A DNA stretch of 64,000 nt from positions 150,301 through 214,300 of IMG/VR virus record IMGVR_UViG_3300037116_000299. One strand, 5' to 3'. Under the pieces are notes generated by a model. The model worked only from the letters and a program-made list of their open reading frames with translations, did no database searches and had not been told where the DNA came from. Below, in pieces: positions 37,201 to 44,928 of this stretch; positions within the stretch are counted from its first letter, which is position 1, and every line of letters starts with the position of its first letter. The position numbers and the translations under genes were made by a program.

Positions 37201-39973
37201 CGGCAATGCGGATACGGTCATGCGGATGTGCAACATCCCCGGCTACAACATGGCCGAGGCGTTCCCGACCTTCAAGCTGATGTTCCTGGAGGACGAGAAC
37301 AACAACGTCTATTACGCATTCGACGACTTCTTCAGCTATGCCTCGGTGCTCGACTTCGAGATGCAGCGGCCGTGGAATCGCCCGGCTACACTGCAGATCA
37401 AGATCACCAACCTGGCCTACCTGCTCAACCACAAGATCTACGATGCTTCGACCGCTGGCAAGTGGGCGTCCTACCGCGACCGCTTTGCCACCGAGGTCTC
37501 CGGATCCGCAGCAGTCGCTGTTCCTAGCGACACCAACACCAAGATCACTGCCGGAAAGGAAGGCATCGGAGGCACGCCCTATCAGCTGATGGGCCCGGAC
37601 ATGACCGAAGGCCCGCGCGGCGGCAACATGAAGAACCGTCGCATTCCGCTGCAGTATTTCCCACTGCAGACCGGCACCAAGATCCAACTGCGGGTTGGCT
37701 ATTCGAACAACCCCGACAAGCTGTTCCCCATCTTCTGCGGGACTGTGACGGAGATGGAAGGCAACGAGATCATCACCATCACAGCGCAGAGTTTCATGCT
37801 GGAGTTGACGGAACCGCTGAGCGACAAGGCTCAGACGGACTCCTGGATTCACATCGGCTCGCTGCTGGAGAGTGGCCTCAGCTGCCTAACCCTTGGCCGG
37901 ATTGGAACGATCGGCCGCGGCGCCGCCTATGGAGGCCTGACTCTCTTCGGCGACTCCGGCGATACCGGCACCGTGATCTCGAAGATGCTCAAGTCTTCGG
38001 GCGCGAAACACTTCGGGCACTGGCAGATCGATGCCACCGGCAACCACATGTTGAAGGGGTTTGGCTGGAAGGAACTGTCCGGCGAAGTGGCCGGCACCGC
38101 GGCGGGTTGGGTTGGTCATGGAGACGTGGGCATCGCATTGCAGTCGAACTACGATCGGACGGATGAGAACGTCATGATCAACTCGGCCGGCAACTTCGAT
38201 GGCACCTCGACGGACGCCGCCAACTCCCACCAGTATCTGGATCAGGGCAGCCCGTTGCGGCCGTTCTCCTACTACGTGGACTCAGCGACGCAGCTGACCC
38301 TCATGGAACTGATTCAGGACGTGGCCCGGCGTTATCCGGAGTACCTGCTGCTCGAGAAGTGGTACGGCTATCCGTACAGCTGCGATGCGACCCTGGTCTT
38401 CGGTCATCCCTTCGATTGGTACTTCGCTCGGCCGTCCCTGCTGGGCGACCAGGAGAAACAGCGCGCGGCCGATCAGAACATCGACGCTTACAAGCTGTGG
38501 TGGGACGCGCAGGGCAAGAAGATGTTCACAGATCTGTTGGGCGGTGCCGGTCACCTCAGTCTTCTTGGCATTCCGCTGGGCAGTTCTGTTGGCTGGCTGG
38601 AATCTCACGTGATGACTGGACTGGTAAACCAGGCGGCGCAGAGCCCCGCCGGTCTGCAGGCAGCTCTGCAGTCAGATGCCATCGTTGGAATGACACCGGG
38701 CGTTGTAGGAAAGATTCCAGGACTGAGGGACTTCCAGCGCGCCCTGCAGCAGGACGCAGCCGCTATCCTGAAGTCCTATTACGCCAGCCAGATGTCTGGT
38801 TCGGATCTGGCTTCTTCAGATCGCATGAAGCCCGTGCGCCGCTACCACTTCATCGACGACCAGTCGATCGTCCACAACGGCATGTCGCTCAACGACAAGA
38901 TCTACAACTGCGTGAAGATTGGGGATGGTGAGAAGGGCGGCAAGAAGTATGCCGTGAGCGCCAATCCCAACATCATGCCCAGCTACCTGCGGGCGCTCGA
39001 TGTGACGGACCGCATCAACGATCCGAAGCAGAACGTCATCGACCAGGCCCTGATCGGCACCAACCAGCAGATGATCCAGGTCTACGGCCAGAGCTTCCTG
39101 CGTGAAGAGGTCGGCAAGATGTACAAGGGCGAGATCATCCTGCGCGGGATCCCCGAGATCGAGCCGATGGACATCCTGATGATCATGGACCCGGCGACAG
39201 GCATGCAGGGACCTGTAGAAGTCGACACCGTGACCCAGATCATGAACCTTGAGATGGGTTTCATCACCATCATCAAGCCGCGGGCTGTCGTCTGCATCAA
39301 CGAAGCATCAAGCGCCGGTTTCCTGCGCATGTTGGGCATGATGGCCGGAGCCGCACTGCCGGAACTCCGCCGTCTGACCAGCCTGTCCAGGTATGCAGTG
39401 ACCGGTGCTGGCACCAAGGCAGTAACTGCTGCAGTTGTCGGCCGCGTTGGCTGGGCAGGTCTGAAGTGGGCGGGTGAAAAGGCGGCATCGGGAGTAGTCT
39501 CGAATGCCCTCAAAGCTACCAGTGAAGGACTGCTGGACGTCGCTACCGCTCCGGGCGCCATAACGGGCTTTACGACGGCAGTTGGGACCGCCTCTGAGGC
39601 CGCCGGCACCGCCGCCACCGGCGCGCTCGCAGCTGAAGGTGCAATGGCTGGAACGGTTGCCTTCCTGGCGAGCCCTCCCGGCTGGGCGGTACTCGCACTG
39701 TGCGCTGTGGCTGCGATCGGTGGATCCATCTGGATGGTCAACAAGGGCACTGAGAACAGCAATGCCCTGGTGATCTCTCCCTGCCTGAAGCTCGGCCGGC
39801 CCTGGGTCGGCGGCGTCCAAGGCTGGGCCATCGAGGACATGGTGGGCATCATGAACAACGAGGCTATGCAGTTCATGGCAGACGAGATCTTCCCCCTTTA
39901 CGACCTGTGGCTCGAAGCAGGCGGGTATTCCAACCCGATTCCGGCGGCATTTCAACCGGCTTTGGCCCAGTAG
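34283..39973 (+). CDS. baseplate hub / tail-associated protein with lytic transglycosylase domain (1896 aa)
   Basis: SLT motifs CLTESAGN (E300), AQGLFQL, GGCQYL, AVAGFNQG at about 35090-35520; C-terminal hub-like region (IQLRVGYSNNP...IFCGTVTE..., YKGEIILRG.P...P.D); hydrophobic C-terminal segment. Confidence 0.7.
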   Translation: MSVTFSTSNSGPSSAGYFRIGFVTLQIPPQNIVTSRVVNNDKLATLRGMNEMFRKTGQARWDVTVSWAAMMGGATPEAKYQQWNDLQNVAAMFKAAPFVEVESPHLRQVLAPHDPLMAYPHRLGMALRQLRVDSHPDIVDTLLVTLTMTYFNFGPYSVAFDYVGDEGQPVSADQCTKFKNYIAMWRANNMDHVSARDGDPIAPLWMAQDPGEMALKYRIYNPVPTGQLPDFGTMVMPGGAQVGTTVLPSTYTPASATSAAAGKASKGTLPPDIEALIRKTALTVKGYCDPAIACAVCLTESAGNPTAHNAGSTAQGLFQLLAGTRQSLNVADGFNAQQSAQGGCQYLADLFKKLGTWELAVAGFNQGSGTIVAYRDGKALTDKSNGHVINPNKLVTGGIPPDPAVQRYVSTILRNAQMKFGFTGQTAPQPGSQRPQTAQVAPAAATNSATSPATSTSNPMTATDSATEQAFQAQATEMAADGWSLDHRSDTAGVGICFFYKEAEVRMAPLDSSTADVTGGIWPTQFSVLLVNNLAQIPLSGYQYPTYQHLGPCSSLVQISFMSKGERADETQEPVHEGLRSLSSMAHFMEQQHLRLRTQLRTPNSLHRMQAVYVENQVLNMLGIYGLMLDQVTTETLPESSDLVTAQLTASQYENRFEEIEPYKLNGISQAYNQGLKDLVLTDNTIQQAPSDVQGPLKPILNYRTQADNADENAMIARLMEVAAQPSSTLFTYMAGAPTFTISQVDAAQITYQTGVDWSKYPVALARVKQLQQTGDAQTWTMADYLMIKSVAWKVYKPVNLGGSIQHVDSTFQGNTRRTMVQDAYQRLFAYFAASDTGLRTALNQVMNSPALAAKVKGAVPSGDPSLASPGSNDHGAYRDMGLNTILLNGEDFNPGMYFVNNNEQYKTLAKGALLDVMRSTASAAAQTNSNDNSQQLPNSVAPISSTTSLTPTNLPVDQAGQINLPAGLKSIPGNADTVMRMCNIPGYNMAEAFPTFKLMFLEDENNNVYYAFDDFFSYASVLDFEMQRPWNRPATLQIKITNLAYLLNHKIYDASTAGKWASYRDRFATEVSGSAAVAVPSDTNTKITAGKEGIGGTPYQLMGPDMTEGPRGGNMKNRRIPLQYFPLQTGTKIQLRVGYSNNPDKLFPIFCGTVTEMEGNEIITITAQSFMLELTEPLSDKAQTDSWIHIGSLLESGLSCLTLGRIGTIGRGAAYGGLTLFGDSGDTGTVISKMLKSSGAKHFGHWQIDATGNHMLKGFGWKELSGEVAGTAAGWVGHGDVGIALQSNYDRTDENVMINSAGNFDGTSTDAANSHQYLDQGSPLRPFSYYVDSATQLTLMELIQDVARRYPEYLLLEKWYGYPYSCDATLVFGHPFDWYFARPSLLGDQEKQRAADQNIDAYKLWWDAQGKKMFTDLLGGAGHLSLLGIPLGSSVGWLESHVMTGLVNQAAQSPAGLQAALQSDAIVGMTPGVVGKIPGLRDFQRALQQDAAAILKSYYASQMSGSDLASSDRMKPVRRYHFIDDQSIVHNGMSLNDKIYNCVKIGDGEKGGKKYAVSANPNIMPSYLRALDVTDRINDPKQNVIDQALIGTNQQMIQVYGQSFLREEVGKMYKGEIILRGIPEIEPMDILMIMDPATGMQGPVEVDTVTQIMNLEMGFITIIKPRAVVCINEASSAGFLRMLGMMAGAALPELRRLTSLSRYAVTGAGTKAVTAAVVGRVGWAGLKWAGEKAASGVVSNALKATSEGLLDVATAPGAITGFTTAVGTASEAAGTAATGALAAEGAMAGTVAFLASPPGWAVLALCAVAAIGGSIWMVNKGTENSNALVISPCLKLGRPWVGGVQGWAIEDMVGIMNNEAMQFMADEIFPLYDLWLEAGGYSNPIPAAFQPALAQ

Positions 39974-39980
39974 CCACGCA

Positions 39981-39998
39981 TTCCTATACTAGATAGCT
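39981..39998 (+). promoter_or_regulatory. conserved motif copy 3 (TTCCTATACTAGATAGCT), putative late promoter
   Basis: 18/18 identical to 13693-13710; ends 1 bp before ATG 40000 at the start of the baseplate operon. Confidence 0.6.
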
Positions 39999-39999
39999 T

Positions 40000-40581
40000 A
40001 TGAATCCTTCCTCCGGTACCGCCAATCCGCTCCGCCTTGCTCTTGTCAGCCCCTGCTCGACCTGTAAGAACCAGCTGACGGCCGCTGGGCCCAATGGGCA
40101 ACCCACGTGTCCGCGGCGCGTCCTGCAGGCTGGCGGCGCTACAACCACCGCAACCGATCACCTGGTCCTCTATGGGACCGAGGGGACGGCCAATGAGGGA
40201 GACGGCTCCTATCGCAATCCGGTGTACTGGACCGATGGGCACGCCATCCTGGTTTGGATCGCTCTGCTGGGGGACAATGGCGGCGTCTACGACGGCGCTG
40301 GCAATCCGGTTACCCCAGGCATCCTTGATCCCGGCTTCGACACCAGCCACATTCAGTGCAGGCCGCTGCCGATCGTACCGCGGGATTCCGAAGCCGCCTA
40401 CTTTCAGCATGGCGCGCTGGCGGAGAACGACCAGCTGGAGGTCTCGTTGACGAGCAGCCAGCAACAGGCCATGGACACCGGAGCCCCGGTTTTGATCGAT
40501 GGCTTTGGTAAGAAGGTCAGCTTCGTATTCAATCATCCTCGTACACCGGTGAATAAGGACCTCTGTCCCGCCGGCACCTAA
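40000..40581 (+). CDS. hypothetical Cys-containing baseplate-region protein
   Basis: 193 aa ORF (CSTC, TCP, QCR, LCP); position only. Confidence 0.5.
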   Translation: MNPSSGTANPLRLALVSPCSTCKNQLTAAGPNGQPTCPRRVLQAGGATTTATDHLVLYGTEGTANEGDGSYRNPVYWTDGHAILVWIALLGDNGGVYDGAGNPVTPGILDPGFDTSHIQCRPLPIVPRDSEAAYFQHGALAENDQLEVSLTSSQQQAMDTGAPVLIDGFGKKVSFVFNHPRTPVNKDLCPAGT

Positions 40582-40613
40582 TCGTCAGGGTATCGTCAGG
40601 AATCGTCCGATTC

Positions 40614-41012
40614 ATGTCCAGCCAACCTCTCGTCTTCGATCTCGAAAACCAGTCCGGAACCTATCAGAAGCAGCCAAAGACCTTGTATGCCGGCGACTCC
40701 TACGATGGGCAGCCGACGGTCGCAGTTACGGAAGACGAGATCATTCTCGCTGCCGATGCCAACAATGTCGTGCGTGTGGATCCCGACTTCGGGGTTCTGC
40801 TATCCGGCAAGTTGAGTCTCTCCGCTACTCCGGATCAGATCTCCTTTGGCGGCGGCTATTGGCGGTTCAATCCCCTGCTGCTGACCTGCCTGCCCTCCAC
40901 CACCCCCACTCCGATTCCCACGCTGATCCGGTCCACGCCCAACTTGCTGGAAGGAAAAAGTGCACTTTCTTCTTGCATGGACTTTCTGACAGCTAACTCC
41001 GATGCCGCTTAG
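40614..41012 (+). CDS. putative short baseplate spike/puncturing component
   Basis: 132 aa with short alternating beta-strand stretch; lies before the gp25-like gene. Confidence 0.35.
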   Translation: MSSQPLVFDLENQSGTYQKQPKTLYAGDSYDGQPTVAVTEDEIILAADANNVVRVDPDFGVLLSGKLSLSATPDQISFGGGYWRFNPLLLTCLPSTTPTPIPTLIRSTPNLLEGKSALSSCMDFLTANSDAA

Positions 41013-41021
41013 AAGGCCCCA

Positions 41022-41381
41022 ATGTCTGTAGATCTCGGATGGATGAGTAAGGGCGGCCTGCTGCAAGACGGCTCCGGCGACATCGCCTTCACGGTGTCCC
41101 CGCTGCAGTGTCTCAAGGACATGGCCTACACGCGGCTCAAGGCCGCGTTGAACGCCTGGAAGCTCTATCCCATGATCGGTGCGGATCTCGACTCCTGTCC
41201 AGGTCAGACGGTCGCCGCGGAGCTGGAGACAACCATCCAGCGCCAGGTCACCGCCGCTTTCACCCAGGACTTTCTACCCTACGGTTCTTTCACAGTGAAG
41301 ACCGTCCCCATGGGTTCGACCATCCAGGTCTTCGTCTTCCTTGATAAGACCCTGATCGCTACCACTACGGTGACCAAGTAA
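41022..41381 (+). CDS. gp25/GPW-like baseplate wedge protein
   Basis: 119 aa; GDIAF...RLK....W...P.IGADL pattern; directly precedes baseplate J-like gene. Confidence 0.65.
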   Translation: MSVDLGWMSKGGLLQDGSGDIAFTVSPLQCLKDMAYTRLKAALNAWKLYPMIGADLDSCPGQTVAAELETTIQRQVTAAFTQDFLPYGSFTVKTVPMGSTIQVFVFLDKTLIATTTVTK

Positions 41382-42593
41382 ATGTCCGTCCAGACTCCCA
41401 CCTCTCCCACCACCTACCAGGCCAACATCCTTGCGGCCCTGCAGCAGACTGGTATCCAGAACACGTCCGCCGGCGGCAAAGCGCGGGCCTTCTGCGACGC
41501 GGTCGGCAACCAGCAGGGATTGTCGGAAGCCAAGAGCTTCGTCGCCATTGCCCAGAAGCTGCTGCCCTACGCCACCAAGACCAGCCTCGACGACTTCGGC
41601 CAGATGTTCAACATGCCGCGGTTGCAGCGCCTCGATGTGAACAGCTCGGCGCTCGACGACAACTTCGAGTTCTATGTTGCCCGTGGGACCTTCGGTTCGA
41701 TCAACAGCGGCCAGGACATCATCATCCCCGCCGGCACGCAGATCTACACCACAGCTGGGGTCTCTGGCCAGATCGTGGTCACTGCCACTCAGGTCACCTG
41801 CCAGGCCTCGCAGACCACCGTATCCTTTGCCGTTCAGAGCCAGCAGGTCGGGGCCTCCGGCAATGCCGCGGAAGGCGTCTTCCAAGCCCACAACTTCACC
41901 AACTACGCGGACTCGCGTTACAGTTCGCTGCTGGTCACCAACAACTATGGACTGATCGGGGGCCGCGATGTCGAGACCGACGATGACTACCGGTACCGTA
42001 TCAGCCTACGGCTCCAATCGCACGGCGGAGCAGCAGAGGCTGATTTGCGCCTCGCTGTACTTGCTGTACCTGGAATCCAGGACTGCGTATTCGACCGTCT
42101 GGCCGGGACCTTCCTCTGCTACGTCTACGGCATCTCGCCCGTCGTTCCTCCGTCGCTTCTGGCGCTGGTGCAAGGACAGATGGACGACATCACGGCGTAC
42201 CCTCTCTCGGGTTCCGCCATCCAGCCGGACCTGATCGGCATCTCGTTCTCGACTACGGTGACCTTTGCCAGCACGGCGACCGCGGGAGATCAACAGAACG
42301 CCATCTCGACGGCGACGACGGCCGCACAGAACTACATCAACAATCTCAACTCGGCCCAAGGCCAGGCATTGGTCATCAATGCCCTGGCGGACGCGATTCA
42401 GTCGTCAAGCACTAACATCCTCGACATCGGGCAGCCGGATGCGCCGATCAATCAGATCTTCATCTGGCGCAGCCGGGCCGACGGTACACGTTACTCGCGC
42501 TATCTGGTCGGGAATTACACCCCTAAGAACGGTGAGCGCATCGTTGTCGAGACCTCGATCTCGAACCCAGTCAACCTGGCACAGGCTTCCTAA
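41382..42593 (+). CDS. baseplate J-like protein
   Basis: IIIPAGTQI...VGASGNAA...VTNNYGLIGGRDVETDDDYRYRI...LAVPGIQD pattern typical of BpJ/gp47. Confidence 0.85.
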   Translation: MSVQTPTSPTTYQANILAALQQTGIQNTSAGGKARAFCDAVGNQQGLSEAKSFVAIAQKLLPYATKTSLDDFGQMFNMPRLQRLDVNSSALDDNFEFYVARGTFGSINSGQDIIIPAGTQIYTTAGVSGQIVVTATQVTCQASQTTVSFAVQSQQVGASGNAAEGVFQAHNFTNYADSRYSSLLVTNNYGLIGGRDVETDDDYRYRISLRLQSHGGAAEADLRLAVLAVPGIQDCVFDRLAGTFLCYVYGISPVVPPSLLALVQGQMDDITAYPLSGSAIQPDLIGISFSTTVTFASTATAGDQQNAISTATTAAQNYINNLNSAQGQALVINALADAIQSSSTNILDIGQPDAPINQIFIWRSRADGTRYSRYLVGNYTPKNGERIVVETSISNPVNLAQAS

Positions 42594-42595
42594 CC

Positions 42596-44140
42596 ATGTC
42601 CACGGCTCCTTACAGATCGCACCGCACCCAGGTGTTGCTCAACTACTTTGATGCGGCAGATCAGCGTGTCCGAGAAGAGCCTTACACGATCGATGCGCAG
42701 CTGCTGAACACGGCGGCCATGGCGTTCGATGACTCCCAGCAGAGGATTGAACGGGAGCTGGCGGCTCTCCTTCTGGCGACTTGTCCGTCCGGACTGGACA
42801 ACGGCGGGTCTTACTATGCCATCGCGATTCCGAACGAGTTCGTGCTGGGATCCGACCAGGCCAAGCTTGACCTGGTGACCGGAATTACCGGAACCAGTTC
42901 GACCATCCTGAAGCCCTACGACGACCGTCTGCCGGTACCAAGTGCGATGCTCGAAGATACGGCACGGTCCCGCGTTGCATTCACCAGTCCGATCCTATTC
43001 GATATCACCGGGACAGGCGACGCCACCAACCTGGTGTGGGATATGCACGACGTCGGACCCTTTGCCCTGGCGGTCCCCAATCGCCTGACCTTCTGGGCCG
43101 AAGGCATTGAGGGCAACCACATGGCACTGGACATCTTCGTCCAGGGCGACCAGTTTCCGAAACCTGTTTGGGCGTCGCAACAGACCGGCGCCAGCGAGAC
43201 GATTAGCCAGGCGGACGAAGGTATCTTCACCGGTGCCAAGATCTGGCAGAACGTCACGTCCATGGTGATCCGTGGTCTCCCCGCGGGAGTCCGCCTGCGT
43301 TGCTGGCAACTGCCGGTCAATGTGCCGGCAGTGCTGGATGCAGACCGGCCCTACACCCATCCCGTCTTCCGGGACGTGCTGTTCGATCGCTATTGGGCGA
43401 TCTCCGCGCGCGAGAACCTGCTGAAGGAACTGTTCATGATGGACAACTTCAGCACCCTCGAGTATGCGCAATCCTACGCGATGAGCGTACCTTTCAACGC
43501 ACTTTGCGTAGAACCCCACACCTGGGGCATGTTTGCTGCTTCCGGCGCGAACGTGACTTACTTCGATCGCCGCGAGCCCCTGCCGCTCAAGTTGAATGTG
43601 ACGGCGATGACCCTGGAACCTCTCTATGGCCTGGACGTCTGTTACGACGTCGTTCACAACGGAGCGGTTCGGTATGTGGCTCTGCGACCGGTGGACTACG
43701 GCGGCGCCTCCAATCTTTCCCACTGGCGGTACCTGATCGAGGATCCCCAGGGCAATGACTTCGTGCTGATGCCCGATGGATCGCTTGCGGCCTATACCGG
43801 AGCGGCTGGATGGCAAGGTGGAAAGCCCATCCCGCTGTCCATTCCTTTGGTACAGACCGGCACCTATGTAATCACTATTGAGTGCATGGGAATGGACGGC
43901 GTCTTGACGGCCGACAACTTCCCGTACCCGAACTTCGCCGCGCCAACAGGAGCTTCCTTCGATCTCTCCGGCATTCTTCCCGGGATTCAAGGCCTGGCCT
44001 TCGACGCCCTTGAACAACTCTGGGCATGGACAGGCGATTACCTGGTGCCGCTGAAGGTTCGCTACGATGCGTATCTTCTCGACGCCGCCAACCGGATGCT
44101 TTACCTGACAGACACGTACGACACGGTTCAGTACCAGTAA
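42596..44140 (+). CDS. baseplate/tail structural protein
   Basis: 514 aa coupled ORF following baseplate J. Confidence 0.55.
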   Translation: MSTAPYRSHRTQVLLNYFDAADQRVREEPYTIDAQLLNTAAMAFDDSQQRIERELAALLLATCPSGLDNGGSYYAIAIPNEFVLGSDQAKLDLVTGITGTSSTILKPYDDRLPVPSAMLEDTARSRVAFTSPILFDITGTGDATNLVWDMHDVGPFALAVPNRLTFWAEGIEGNHMALDIFVQGDQFPKPVWASQQTGASETISQADEGIFTGAKIWQNVTSMVIRGLPAGVRLRCWQLPVNVPAVLDADRPYTHPVFRDVLFDRYWAISARENLLKELFMMDNFSTLEYAQSYAMSVPFNALCVEPHTWGMFAASGANVTYFDRREPLPLKLNVTAMTLEPLYGLDVCYDVVHNGAVRYVALRPVDYGGASNLSHWRYLIEDPQGNDFVLMPDGSLAAYTGAAGWQGGKPIPLSIPLVQTGTYVITIECMGMDGVLTADNFPYPNFAAPTGASFDLSGILPGIQGLAFDALEQLWAWTGDYLVPLKVRYDAYLLDAANRMLYLTDTYDTVQYQ

Positions 44141-44928
44141 TGAACTCGACCAGCCAACTCCAACTCGTCAACAGCCTGACCTATGCGGACCTCGCCGCTC
44201 TGAACCTGGGACTGTCCCGGTTCCCCGGCGAGAAGGCAGCCACGTTTCTCGCGCGCTGCTATCAGGCCACCACTCGCCGCCGGGATCACAGCTATGAAGG
44301 CACACAGGATGAGTTGTGCCTGCAGCTGGGCCTGGCACAGTCTGAGGGGATCTCGATCGCCTCGACGGACCCAACCCTGGCCATCGCCTCATCGATCGGC
44401 CTGGTGACCGTCCTGACGCTTGGAGTGACCCACCAGATCCCCACTGTCACTATGGCCGTGGACAATTACTGGGAGTGGCGCCTGTTGAGCGATGTGGTCC
44501 GGGATCTGAACAGCATTCCCGGAGTCACTGCCCTGCTGCTGACCGAGGACGGTCCAGCTCTCCAGTTGGCACGACAGAGCAACATTCACACGGTGGTCGG
44601 CGAACCGATCATCTCGAATGACCAGATTCTGGAGCATGCCGGCATTCTCGAAGCATCCGCGGCGTTCAACAACGCACCCGGCGACTACGTGCTTTACGGC
44701 GAGACCGGTGAACTGATCCTGCATGCGACCCCTGCACTCGGTCTGGCAATTTCCTATCAGTATCTCGTACTGCCATTCAACCTGGTTTGTACCCAGGTTG
44801 GTCTCTTCGGATTGACCGAACCCGCCCTGGCCACGGTCGGCGTCGGTTCGAACAACGTGCTGGCTTACCAACTTCGGGAAGCAATCCAGGTGGTCATGAC
44901 AGCAGACCCCTCGTATTGGGCGGAATAA
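44140..44928 (+). CDS. baseplate structural protein (gpI-like position)
   Basis: ATG overlaps previous stop (TAATG); 262 aa. Confidence 0.5.
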   Translation: MNSTSQLQLVNSLTYADLAALNLGLSRFPGEKAATFLARCYQATTRRRDHSYEGTQDELCLQLGLAQSEGISIASTDPTLAIASSIGLVTVLTLGVTHQIPTVTMAVDNYWEWRLLSDVVRDLNSIPGVTALLLTEDGPALQLARQSNIHTVVGEPIISNDQILEHAGILEASAAFNNAPGDYVLYGETGELILHATPALGLAISYQYLVLPFNLVCTQVGLFGLTEPALATVGVGSNNVLAYQLREAIQVVMTADPSYWAE

